Shown here: positions 53,273 through 61,909 of the stretch, piece after piece | How positions within the stretch are numbered: the first letter of the stretch is position 1 | Layout of the letters: each line of letters starts with the position of its first letter | Assembly (NCBI GenBank): GCA_963727805.1 | Contig: CAVSHF010000005.1 | Coordinates: 192,001-256,000 of the forward strand | Direction of reading: 5' to 3' | DNA length: 64,000 nucleotides | Source: an uncultured Nitrospiraceae bacterium | GTDB lineage: Bacteria; Nitrospirota; Thermodesulfovibrionia; Thermodesulfovibrionales; Dissulfurispiraceae | Notes under the pieces: generated by a model | The model's database searches: none | Seen by the model: the letters and a program-made list of their open reading frames with translations, nothing else | Told to the model about the DNA's origin: nothing | Program-made: the position numbers and the translations under genes

Positions 53273-54955
53273 CAGGCTGTCCGACAATTATCGAAATTAG
53301 AGACAAATGACGGATGCCTCGCCATCCTGAAAACATAACGGGGCTATCTGCTTTATACATAGTATCTCCAGCAAAAGCTTCCTTGGCGTATGGCAGTAGT
53401 TGCCCTCTTTCGGAGGCTTTCCTCTTCCCTTCAGGCATTCCCATATCTTTTTCAGATTTACTGCCGTACAGGCAAGGTTAAATTCCGACCTTACCGAATT
53501 AATTCCTCTCGTCAGAAATGTTCGCAATCCTTTGTTCTCCTTGATATCGCCGATCACAGGTTCAACAATCTGTTGTCTAAGCTTATATATATATCTTGCT
53601 GCAGGCGTTTTCATTTTTTCAGTCATCGCATTGCAGTGAACTTCGTGAGGGAACACCTTCAGAGAGCGTATGCCGTCCTTCTGTTTGGTACACAGTCGCT
53701 GATGCTCACATCCCAAGCATCTCTGACCACGATAGACTCTCACCATCTTGTCCCTCTGTCTGTCAAAATGTTCGCCCAAGAATGTTAGCGGGTGATCAGC
53801 AGGACAAATATACTCATCCCTTTGTTTATTGTATGTAAAGTTCTTCTTGTCGTATGGGTTGTTTGCCCGCGTCCCACTATTGTCAGGCATGTATGCATCT
53901 ATCTTCCTGTCCGATAGAAATGCAATGTTCTCACCGCTAAAATATCCAGAATCAAAACTCCAAATAATACTATCAGCAATTCCGCCAAGATTCTCTGTGG
54001 TTTGTATAACCTGAGGTTGCAACTGGCTGACATCTGCAGCATTCTGCCCCACGTCACTAGCCAAAATGAACCCACCCTTATCCACTGTCACCTGAGGATT
54101 ATAAGAAAGCTCTATCCTGCCTTTCTTATTTTTCATAAAACGACTATCAGGATCTGTCGTGCTTACCTGCTTTAGCCCTTCCTCATTAACTTTGTCTTGA
54201 GCTCCTTGAAGACCTTCTCTGAGTCGACCTATAAAAACATGTCCTTCTTCTTTAGCCCTCTTAACATAGTACTGTGCAGCTTTCTGAACAAGTTTTTTGC
54301 CCTGCCGGGACAGTTGGTCGCTACCCCGTAGTTCACCGAACTGCCGATCCTCACTCTCATCAATCTCTGCCCACTCCTGAAGCTCACCATCGACAAAGCT
54401 TCTCAGAACCGCCAACTCCTCTTTTGTTAATACTCGCCTGTTTGATGCATTTGCCTTCACTTTGGTTCCATCTGTCGACAGATGCGACAAATCCAACAAT
54501 CCTTCCTCTTTGGCAAAACTAACTGTGTGCTTGAAGACTTCCTTTAGTAGATCAGGGTTGTTCTTTCTGAAATCGCTGATAGTCCTGAAGTCAGGAGTCA
54601 GCTTCTCCGCCAAATATATATACACCACGTTCTCTCTGGCATTGCGTGCCAGTCGACGAGATGAGCGCACCCTGTCCAGAACTCCCATGATCAGCAACTT
54701 CACCAGCATTTTTGGATGATATGCCGGATGTCCGGCACCTGAATAGCGGATATCGAAGCAACCATAATCCAGGGAGTCAACCAATCCTTCAATGAGAAAA
54801 CAAATATGATCTTCGGGTATCATATCTTCTAAACTCGGCGGCAGTAGCCAGGATTGCCCTCCATACGACTCAATGTATGCCATCGGGTGTACTCCTTGAT
54901 ATCGTTCTTAAATATATTCTACCACCGGATAACTTGATAATTGTCGGACAGCCTG
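53273..54955 (-). mobile_element. IS1182-family insertion sequence
   Basis: Perfect 20-bp terminal IRs CAGGCTGTCCGACAATTATC (53273-53292 and 54936-54955); CAAG direct repeat at 53269-53272 and 54956-54959. Confidence 0.93.
53297..54883 (-). CDS. IS1182-family DDE transposase
   Basis: LLPPSLEDMIPEDH, SSRRL, PDFRTISDFR, DGTKVKANAS, STTDPDSRFM, YNPQ, DSGY, YICP, R...VEPVIG.IK. Confidence 0.93.
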   Translation of the reverse strand: MAYIESYGGQSWLLPPSLEDMIPEDHICFLIEGLVDSLDYGCFDIRYSGAGHPAYHPKMLVKLLIMGVLDRVRSSRRLARNARENVVYIYLAEKLTPDFRTISDFRKNNPDLLKEVFKHTVSFAKEEGLLDLSHLSTDGTKVKANASNRRVLTKEELAVLRSFVDGELQEWAEIDESEDRQFGELRGSDQLSRQGKKLVQKAAQYYVKRAKEEGHVFIGRLREGLQGAQDKVNEEGLKQVSTTDPDSRFMKNKKGRIELSYNPQVTVDKGGFILASDVGQNAADVSQLQPQVIQTTENLGGIADSIIWSFDSGYFSGENIAFLSDRKIDAYMPDNSGTRANNPYDKKNFTYNKQRDEYICPADHPLTFLGEHFDRQRDKMVRVYRGQRCLGCEHQRLCTKQKDGIRSLKVFPHEVHCNAMTEKMKTPAARYIYKLRQQIVEPVIGDIKENKGLRTFLTRGINSVRSEFNLACTAVNLKKIWECLKGRGKPPKEGNYCHTPRKLLLEILCIKQIAPLCFQDGEASVICL

Positions 54956-55257
54956 CAAGCCACGGGGCACTCTGCAAAGGCTTTCGGTAGCTTTTTCGTA
55001 TTTCGTTTCGGCAGCCGCTTTTGCGGTCATGAACATGAGAATCATCCCGATGAATACTGGATGTATTCTTTCCTTGATAACACCTGTCGCCCTTCCCTCG
55101 GTCCCTCCTCTGCCACCTGCCAGAGAGGATGCTGCTATTAAGAGCAGCCGAGTAACTCTTCCCTGAGCATTGCTAAGAAGAACCCTAGTTTCAAAGAAGC
55201 CTATAGGCGTCAGTGCTTAATTGCGCTGATTCCATCCGTTCCTTTATAATGAAACCC

Positions 55258-55494
55258 ATGGTCGCCGTGATACTAATAATGCTTCTTGCTTTTGCGATGA
55301 ATATTCCCCTCGGCTCTCTGAGAACCCGGACCCGAAAATTTTCAACACGGTGGTTCCTCTATGTGCATATGTCGATACCTGTCATCATAGTTGCCCGCGT
55401 CCTCTCACATACCGACTTTCGCTTTATTCCCCTTTTTATTCTTGCTGCAGTAGCAGGGCAACTTCTAGGCGGTCGAATGGCATTGCATCTATGA
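55258..55494 (+). CDS. Small membrane hypothetical protein
   Basis: NIPLG.LR...RKFS..WFLYVH.SIP...GQLLGG; ATGA overlap with the next gene; TTGCGC/TATAAT promoter just upstream. Confidence 0.75.
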   Translation: MVAVILIMLLAFAMNIPLGSLRTRTRKFSTRWFLYVHMSIPVIIVARVLSHTDFRFIPLFILAAVAGQLLGGRMALHL

Positions 55495-56507
55495 AGGCTG
55501 TTTACCTGATGCAGCCGGGTACCGTCGAAGTGAAGGACATTCCGACACCCAACCCCGCGTTCGGTGAGGTCCTCGTCAGGGTCCGAGCAGCCCTTACCTG
55601 CGGCACTGACCTGAAGGCTTTCGTGAGAGGACATCCGATGATCCCGATGCCAGGCGTGTTCGGTCATGAATTCTCCGGGGTTGTAGAAGAAGCCGGGACA
55701 GGGGTACGTGGCTTCAAGCCTGGGGATGAAGTGATGTCCGTACATACAGCCCCTTGCCATAAGTGCCCCTATTGCGCAATAAAACTATACAATCTTTGCG
55801 AGAATATCATGCACACAAAGATACTCGGCGCATTTGCCGAGCATATCATCATCCCGCAGAACATCTTAAAGCAGAACGTATTCCATAAGCCACCGCACCT
55901 TTCCTTTGAAGAAGCGGCCTTCCTCGAGCCCCTTGCCTGCGTCGTTCACGGCATGAGAGGGCTCAGCATAAAAAAAGAAGACTCAGTACTGATCATTGGC
56001 ACCGGGCCGATCGGACTTCTGCACCTGCTTTTAGCCAAGGTGAAAGGCGCCAGAGTGACGATAAGCGGCCTCGAATCTGACAGGCTTGAAACAGCGAGAC
56101 AATTAGGTGCGGACAACATTAGCCTGCCTTCCTTGCTCGTTAAAAACATTGAGACGGCAACCGCGGGTATCGGGTTCGACTATGTGTTTGAATGCACAGG
56201 CCAGATTGAAGTGTGGGAAAACGCGGTAAACTATGTGCGGCGGGGCGGGACGGTCATTCTTTTCGGCGGGTGCAAACCAGGCTCGGTAGTCACATATGAC
56301 ACTTACCATATCCATTACGACGAGATCACCCTCAAGGGCATATTCCATTTCACGCCCGCAGATGTAAAGGAGGCATATAAACTGCTCAGCAGCGGCGTGA
56401 TCAACGTCAAGACTCTAATTAGCGGGAACTATCCTCTTGAAAAAATTCACGAACCATTCGACAAGCTTTCGCGCGGCGAAGGCATCAAATACGCAATTAC
56501 TCCATAA
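55491..56507 (+). CDS. Zn-dependent alcohol dehydrogenase (MDR family)
   Basis: LTCGTD, FGHE, CHKCPYC...C, LEPLAC, GTGPIG. Confidence 0.9.
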   Translation: MKAVYLMQPGTVEVKDIPTPNPAFGEVLVRVRAALTCGTDLKAFVRGHPMIPMPGVFGHEFSGVVEEAGTGVRGFKPGDEVMSVHTAPCHKCPYCAIKLYNLCENIMHTKILGAFAEHIIIPQNILKQNVFHKPPHLSFEEAAFLEPLACVVHGMRGLSIKKEDSVLIIGTGPIGLLHLLLAKVKGARVTISGLESDRLETARQLGADNISLPSLLVKNIETATAGIGFDYVFECTGQIEVWENAVNYVRRGGTVILFGGCKPGSVVTYDTYHIHYDEITLKGIFHFTPADVKEAYKLLSSGVINVKTLISGNYPLEKIHEPFDKLSRGEGIKYAITP

Positions 56508-56527
56508 AGGCTTATCCGCCGAGAAAC

Positions 56528-57310
56528 TTAAGCAATGGGGAGCTCGCCTTCGGTTAAAATGGGATTATCCTCAGCCGACTCACCCTGCCTCATTATCCAG
56601 ATGGTGCTGAACTGACTGTCCTGATAGACTCGTACGAGGCCAAGGCGGAGTATTTCGAGCAGGGCAAGGAATGTGACGATGATCTGTACACGCCTCCTAT
56701 CTTCTTCAAAGAGCAGTTCGAACCGTATTGCATCCTCCTGCTCCAATTTATTGAGGATCGTTGCAATACGGTCTTTTACCGTGAGCGTTTCCTTGGTGAT
56801 CCTTACCTCTTCGGGCGGCGCCTTGCTCAGGATTTTGTTCAGCGCGCCGACAAGATCGAATAGATTGACCTCAAACAGGGCAAGCTCTGGCTCGATAGCA
56901 GACTTTTCGATTTCGAGGGGCTGTCTTGCGAAGACGTTCATCCAGACTTCCTCTCTCTTCCTAAGTTCGCCGGAGGCTTCCTTGAATGCCTGGTATTCAA
57001 GAAGTCTCTGAACCAGTCCCGCCCTGGGGTCTTCCTGCTCACCGCTGTCTACAATCTCATCCTGAGGCAGCAGCATGCGGGACTTGATAAAAATGAGGGT
57101 TGCTGCGATCACCAGAAATTCAGAAGCTATCTCGAGATTGAGTTCCGTCATGATCTCGAGGTATGCGAGATACTGCTTCGTAATCACGGATATGGGGATA
57201 TCGTAAATATCAAGCTTATTTTCTTTGATCAGATGCAGAAGAAGATCGAGGGGTCCTTCGAAAACTGGCACCTTCACGCTATATGCACTGCTTGAGTCAG
57301 AAATATCCAT
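56528..57310 (-). CDS. scpA: Segregation and condensation protein A
   Basis: FEGPLDLLLHLI, SEFLVIAATL..IKSRMLLP, DPR..LV.RLLEY, TFLALLE. Confidence 0.95.
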   Translation of the reverse strand: MDISDSSSAYSVKVPVFEGPLDLLLHLIKENKLDIYDIPISVITKQYLAYLEIMTELNLEIASEFLVIAATLIFIKSRMLLPQDEIVDSGEQEDPRAGLVQRLLEYQAFKEASGELRKREEVWMNVFARQPLEIEKSAIEPELALFEVNLFDLVGALNKILSKAPPEEVRITKETLTVKDRIATILNKLEQEDAIRFELLFEEDRRRVQIIVTFLALLEILRLGLVRVYQDSQFSTIWIMRQGESAEDNPILTEGELPIA

Positions 57311-57457
57311 GGTCAGTAAGTGTAACGCAGCCATCCGTAAAACTTCAAACCAGGACGGGCCATTGACAACCAGGATTCGTCGACCAAAAAGAACACCATC
57401 TGCCGTGTGCCGCCCGGGGCATTTGATTGATCACGCTCGCCGGGTGTCAGATTAGCT

Positions 57458-58201
57458 CTAGACTGCAGTCATGTCAGAAGGAGAAGAATAATTCTCCTGC
57501 TTTGAAAAGGCCAGGATAGCAAGGAAAATCAGGTTGACGATCGGCACAAGCATGAGGAGACCGAGCCATTTATTTTTTCCAACATTCTCAGTTATGCAAA
57601 TCCATAGATAGATAATGGCAGCCAGATTAAGCAACCCGAAGATAATTCCCACGACAGAAATCAGAGACAATGCACTTAAGGCAGCAATAATTGCAAGCCA
57701 CCACCACTCCCGGCCTGCCGCAGCAACAAAAGTCCACAGATTGACAAGAGGAATCCATGCCATCCAGGGATGAGGGATTGCCGTCTTTTTCGCAATGAGA
57801 TAAAGACAGAGAGAAACATAAATATATCCAGCGAGAACAATAAGTAGCATAAAACCCGAAATCATGGCAAGAATCTTACTTGGGACAAAAGGTATTCCCT
57901 CGCCTTGAAGGGACATAGGCAATTTTTTGCGAATATCTTCGGGCAGTAAAAATATCTTGCCGGCGTCACGTTGCTGATCGGTTTGTTGAACTTCCGAGTT
58001 AGAGGTAGCAGATTGATTAGCCTGGGTCTGATTTGCTGCATTACCTGCTTCAGGTGCCTTTTTCTTTGCAGCCTTGGGTGGGGGATAATCGGTTACCCAC
58101 GTATGGCCTTTTTCATCGACCCATTTATGGAGCGCAGCAGAGGATGAAGAAACATAAAAACAAAACAGAAAGACAATTAGCCACGATACTATCTGTTTCA
58201 T
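57458..58201 (-). CDS. Exported/membrane protein (DUF4124-like N-terminus, multi-TM C-terminus)
   Basis: GGAGGA SD; signal peptide; HKWVDEKG...TDYPP; IAKK...WMAWIPLVN membrane motif. Confidence 0.8.
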   Translation of the reverse strand: MKQIVSWLIVFLFCFYVSSSSAALHKWVDEKGHTWVTDYPPPKAAKKKAPEAGNAANQTQANQSATSNSEVQQTDQQRDAGKIFLLPEDIRKKLPMSLQGEGIPFVPSKILAMISGFMLLIVLAGYIYVSLCLYLIAKKTAIPHPWMAWIPLVNLWTFVAAAGREWWWLAIIAALSALSLISVVGIIFGLLNLAAIIYLWICITENVGKNKWLGLLMLVPIVNLIFLAILAFSKQENYSSPSDMTAV

Positions 58202-58419
58202 TTGTCCTCCCTCTCGGGCTTTTTTACATCTTATCATAAAATTCTTGCTTGTTGATATATTATCCTCCTACAATCTCCCTGATTGTAGGACAATTACTTA
58301 CATCTTAATCATCTGTACTCTTATGGATGAAATATCCCCACTCATGGTAAATTATAAGCTATGATTCAATGGCTGTCATATCATTTGAATCTAGAAACCA
58401 TCCGAAAAGGAGCAAATTC

Positions 58420-59121
58420 ATGAAAGTATTTATCATTGCAGCCTTAACCCTTGCCCTTTGCGCGGGGCAGACCGTTGCGGCAGAGAAAAAGGAAATGAGT
58501 GAGAAGGAAAAACTTAGTTACAGCCTTGGGTACACTCAAGGGTCTAGTATGGACGGTTTTTTCAAAGCCCAATCTATCGATGTTGATAAAAATATTCTTA
58601 TCAAAGCTATTAAAGATGGCCTTAGTGGTGCAAAGCCATCGCTGACTGACGAGGAAATGCGAGCGACTATGGCCGCATTCCAGAAAAACATTATGGCAAA
58701 AAGAGCGGAGGCTATGAAGGAAAGCGCTGAAAAAAGCAAAAAGGCAGCAGAGGTCTACCTTGAAGCAAACAAGAAGAAGGAGGGGGTCGTAACGCTTCCT
58801 AGCGGCCTGCAGTACAAGGTGCTGACACAGGGCACGGGGAATACCCCCAAGGCGACTGATAAGGTTAAGGTCAACTATAAGGGCACCCTGATTGATGGGA
58901 CTGAATTCGACAGCTCGTACAAGCGGGGAGAACCCTCAGTGTTCCAGATAGATAAAGTCATCGCCGGATGGACCGAGGCTCTTCAACTAATGAAAGAAGG
59001 CTCTAAGTGGGAGATATACATACCAGCCAATCTCGCTTATGGGGAGCGCGGGGGTAGCCCCTTGATAGGGCCGAACTCGACTCTCATCTTTGAGATTGAA
59101 CTTATTTCAATAGAGAAATAA
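58420..59121 (+). CDS. FKBP-type peptidyl-prolyl isomerase (Mip/FkpA-like)
   Basis: AAGGAG SD; signal peptide; SYSLG, SGLQY, YKGTLIDGTEFDSS, VIAGWTEAL, LAYG, PNSTLIFEIEL. Confidence 0.95.
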   Translation: MKVFIIAALTLALCAGQTVAAEKKEMSEKEKLSYSLGYTQGSSMDGFFKAQSIDVDKNILIKAIKDGLSGAKPSLTDEEMRATMAAFQKNIMAKRAEAMKESAEKSKKAAEVYLEANKKKEGVVTLPSGLQYKVLTQGTGNTPKATDKVKVNYKGTLIDGTEFDSSYKRGEPSVFQIDKVIAGWTEALQLMKEGSKWEIYIPANLAYGERGGSPLIGPNSTLIFEIELISIEK

Positions 59122-59158
59122 AGAAAAGGCGCCGGTGACATGCCGGCGCCTTTTTCTT
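59121..59158. terminator. Rho-independent terminator (possibly bidirectional)
   Basis: AAGAAAAGGCGCCGG-TGACATG-CCGGCGCCTTTTTCTT. Confidence 0.85.
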
Positions 59159-59298
59159 ACCCTCCGCAGTTTGTTTCGAAGTCTTTGCTGTAACCTCCAC
59201 CACCTGCTTTTGTAATCCGTCAGAAATTCGAAGCTTTCCTGATTTGTTGGCTTCAACTTATGCTCGATGTCGCCGATAATTAAAGAAAGGAGCCAGAA

Positions 59299-59484
59299 AT
59301 GAAACCGCGTAAAGTGATGAGAGAAAACCACGATGCTGTCATCTGTGCAAAGATGATCGAGTTACTTCACACTCAGGGGATAGAATCGGCCGAGGTCTGG
59401 CTCAGAGAGATCAGGAAGAATGATTTCTATGACCAGATTGAGCAAGAATACTTGAGCTCCAAAAAGATCATCTATATTAGTTAA
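59299..59484 (+). CDS. Small hypothetical protein
   Basis: 61-aa ORF with a well-spaced AAGGAG SD. Confidence 0.5.
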   Translation: MKPRKVMRENHDAVICAKMIELLHTQGIESAEVWLREIRKNDFYDQIEQEYLSSKKIIYIS

Positions 59485-59706
59485 TTTCGCTTGAAGCTTC
59501 CCCATCCGGCAGCCAATCTCGCAACGCCTCTCTTGTCCTTATCGTTCTCCTACCTCAAGCCAGCCGCTGATCACGTATGTGCATCTGTGCGCTGGCTGCC
59601 GGAGAGTCCAAGTGAAGAACTCTTTGCACATTTGATTTCATTTCTCTGAGAGGATACAATTTGATAGTATATGTTGACAATACATGTTACTCTGGCAGGA
59701 GGAGAC

Positions 59707-60147
59707 TTGACTGTGAAAAAGAAATCGACATTGTTGATCGCACTTTTCTTTATATTATTTGCTGCATTTCCCGCACAGGCTGCCGACAAAATTCCTGAAG
59801 AACTGGTAAGAGAGGCAAAAGCGGCCATCAAGGAGCTGTCTGTCGATGAAGTCAAAAAAATAGTCGATGATAAAAGGGAGACCGTTGTGCTGCTCGATGT
59901 CAGGGACAGCAATGAATTGGAACAAGGGATTATTCCTGGCGCAATAAACATTTCACGCGGTCAGTTGGAATTCAAAGTACGAATGATACTCCCGGACAGG
60001 AATGCCAAGATAATTGTCTATTGCGGACTGGATCTGAGAGGGCCTCTCGCAACGAAAACATTGAATGATCTTGGATACAAGAATGCGGTCAACATGTCAG
60101 GCGGTCTCAAGGCATGGAGAGAAGCCGGGTATCCTTTGGTCAAATAA
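59707..60147 (+). CDS. Exported rhodanese-like sulfurtransferase
   Basis: AGGAGG SD; signal peptide ending AQA; LLDVR, IPGA, VYCGLDLRG, GGLKAW; start TTG 59707 or GTG 59713. Confidence 0.88.
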   Translation: MTVKKKSTLLIALFFILFAAFPAQAADKIPEELVREAKAAIKELSVDEVKKIVDDKRETVVLLDVRDSNELEQGIIPGAINISRGQLEFKVRMILPDRNAKIIVYCGLDLRGPLATKTLNDLGYKNAVNMSGGLKAWREAGYPLVK

Positions 60148-60259
60148 TACGTTAACAGATTCTTTCCATATCGATTATATAAAGAATTGCCCAAGCGTTT
60201 ATTTATATTGACTATAGTACACTAATAAAAATATCTGTAGTTTGAAGGGGAGGATACTG

Positions 60260-60697
60260 ATGAAGTTGCCTGAATACATTACTGTTGATGAAGTGAAAAG
60301 GGTCTGCAAAGAGCTGAAGCTCAGGGACTGGACAGCGTTGAAAGAGACCTCGGTCCCCATGACAGAAGCAAAGATTATTTTACCGCTTGTCAACACCGAC
60401 AGCATGGACATCGATATCGAAGAATTTCGCAAAGGTCTTGAAGTGGAACTCGAACACGGCTTTGCCTTTACAAACTTCAATGTCACCAATAACCATCCTG
60501 TGCTCACTGCGAAGATTGTGATGGCCCACTTTATGGAGACCGCTGATTATTATAGGCTTCTCGATGTAGCGGAACTAGAGGGCGACCTTCTCAAGGCCCT
60601 AGTCGCGGGCAATATCGAAAAAGCGCGTTCGAAATATAAGAAACTGGCTGATGCAAGGTCAACCCTCGGCAAGGTAGAATCCAGTCGGCTTTCATAG
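60260..60697 (+). CDS. Hypothetical protein, DUF5661-like
   Basis: GGAGG SD; GLEVELEHG, NVTN, TAKIVMAH, DYY. Confidence 0.75.
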   Translation: MKLPEYITVDEVKRVCKELKLRDWTALKETSVPMTEAKIILPLVNTDSMDIDIEEFRKGLEVELEHGFAFTNFNVTNNHPVLTAKIVMAHFMETADYYRLLDVAELEGDLLKALVAGNIEKARSKYKKLADARSTLGKVESSRLS

Positions 60698-60704
60698 ATT
60701 TTTT

Positions 60705-60737
60705 GGCCACAGGTGCTGCGGTACAACACCTGTGGCC
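60705..60737. terminator. Hairpin after the DUF5661-like gene
   Basis: GGCCACAGGTG...CACCTGTGGCC 11-bp stem. Confidence 0.55.
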
Positions 60738-60864
60738 TCAGCGCTAGTATCATATTATTATTGGGTATGCAGTTGACCATCTTGTGACATGCTATCTTAC
60801 TCATTGGAAATCGCGCAAAAGATTACTAAAATGATAGGAGAAACAAATTAGACAGGAGGGTCTC

Positions 60865-61641
60865 ATGAGATATTTTATTGCGTTTATTATGGTCATTGTC
60901 TGGTGCACCGGATTGCAGGCCGAGGTCCTTACCAAGACAGTGCAATACCGGGACGGCAACACAGTCCTTGAGGGCTTTCTTGCCTATGACAACAGCACTC
61001 AGGGGAAAAGGCCGGGCGTTCTCGTCGTCCATGAATGGTGGGGATTGAATACCTTTACGATGAAACGCGCCGAAGAGATAGCCCGCCTGGGCTACGTCGC
61101 ATTTGCAGTTGATATGTACGGTGCAGGGGTAGCAACGAACGATCCACAGGTGGCCACCAAACTTTCGGGGACTTACCGGAATGACCGCAAACTGATGCGT
61201 GAACGCGCGATGGCGGGGCTCCAGGTGCTAATAAACAATCCGCTCGTTGAATCCGAGAAGATCGCAGCAATCGGATATTGTTTCGGCGGGACAACGGTCC
61301 TTGAACTCGCACGTGGTCACGCTCCCGTTGTCGGTGTTGTGAGCTTTCACGGAGGTCTTGACACGCCTGCACCCGCAGACACAAAAGATGTGAAGGCCAA
61401 AGTCCTCGTCCAACATGGTGCAGATGACCCATTTGTCTCAAAGGAGCAGATAAATACCTTTATGGACGAGATGCGGAAATCGAGCGCCGACTGGCAGATG
61501 ATATTCTACGGAGGAGCTGTCCACAGCTTTACGAATCCCGAAGCCGACAAATTCGCCATAAAGGGAATTGCATACAATGAAAAAGCCGACAAGCGGTCAT
61601 GGAGTGCTATGCGCCAGTTCCTGAATGAACTGCTCAAGTAA
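60865..61641 (+). CDS. Dienelactone hydrolase family protein (exported)
   Basis: AGGAGG SD; signal peptide; HEWWG, GYCFGG, SFHG, HGADD, HSFT. Confidence 0.93.
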   Translation: MRYFIAFIMVIVWCTGLQAEVLTKTVQYRDGNTVLEGFLAYDNSTQGKRPGVLVVHEWWGLNTFTMKRAEEIARLGYVAFAVDMYGAGVATNDPQVATKLSGTYRNDRKLMRERAMAGLQVLINNPLVESEKIAAIGYCFGGTTVLELARGHAPVVGVVSFHGGLDTPAPADTKDVKAKVLVQHGADDPFVSKEQINTFMDEMRKSSADWQMIFYGGAVHSFTNPEADKFAIKGIAYNEKADKRSWSAMRQFLNELLK

Positions 61642-61909
61642 CATTCTTTAAAACCAGTTTGATAATTGTCAAGATAACAAGTCTTCAAATGAAGGGCTTG
61701 TTTCTCGAAGCATTTCCGTAGATGTTGCTAAAAGCGGCTCACTTAGTTCAGGAGTTAGTGGACATCCTCCACAACATAAACATCAGGGGGGGGACCCCGC
61801 GAAGCCACGAGTTTTTCTCGCCCAAGCAAAAGGGTCATCCCTGGATGCTGAGCCCAAACCGGATCGAGAAATACTAATTGGGTATTTTTCAGGTCGAAGG
61901 GTTGCCGAG

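Larger units (their letters stand above)
53252..54986 (-). mobile_element. 48-bp hairpin mini-element (IS200/IS605-end or REP-like), split by IS1182
   Basis: Reconstructed CGAAAGCCTTTGCAGAGTGCCCCGTGGCTTGCCGCGTGGGAGTGTCAC; removing it rejoins msrA in frame (GCT AC|T ATT GCT). Confidence 0.65.
52751..55083 (-). pseudogene. msrA: Decayed peptide-methionine (S)-S-oxide reductase, interrupted by nested insertions
   Basis: Fragments AAAETKYEKAT | IASGSLGCREPPFEKLDG, VTFDPSKVSYE, WRQIDP, GQLVDRGTQY, SEEQK, PIVAEI, FYKAEEYHQ, FLKKAW; several frameshifts and a stop; 5' end approximate. Confidence 0.85.

Noticed and set aside
52904..53338. 144-aa plus-strand ORF and other short ORFs around the IS
   Set aside because: They lie antisense to the msrA remnant or cross the IS end, and have no recognisable motifs
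61645..61909. Intergenic stretch with a G8 run, as a possible ncRNA or tRNA remnant
   Set aside because: No cloverleaf, recognisable RNA motif or convincing ORF could be supported
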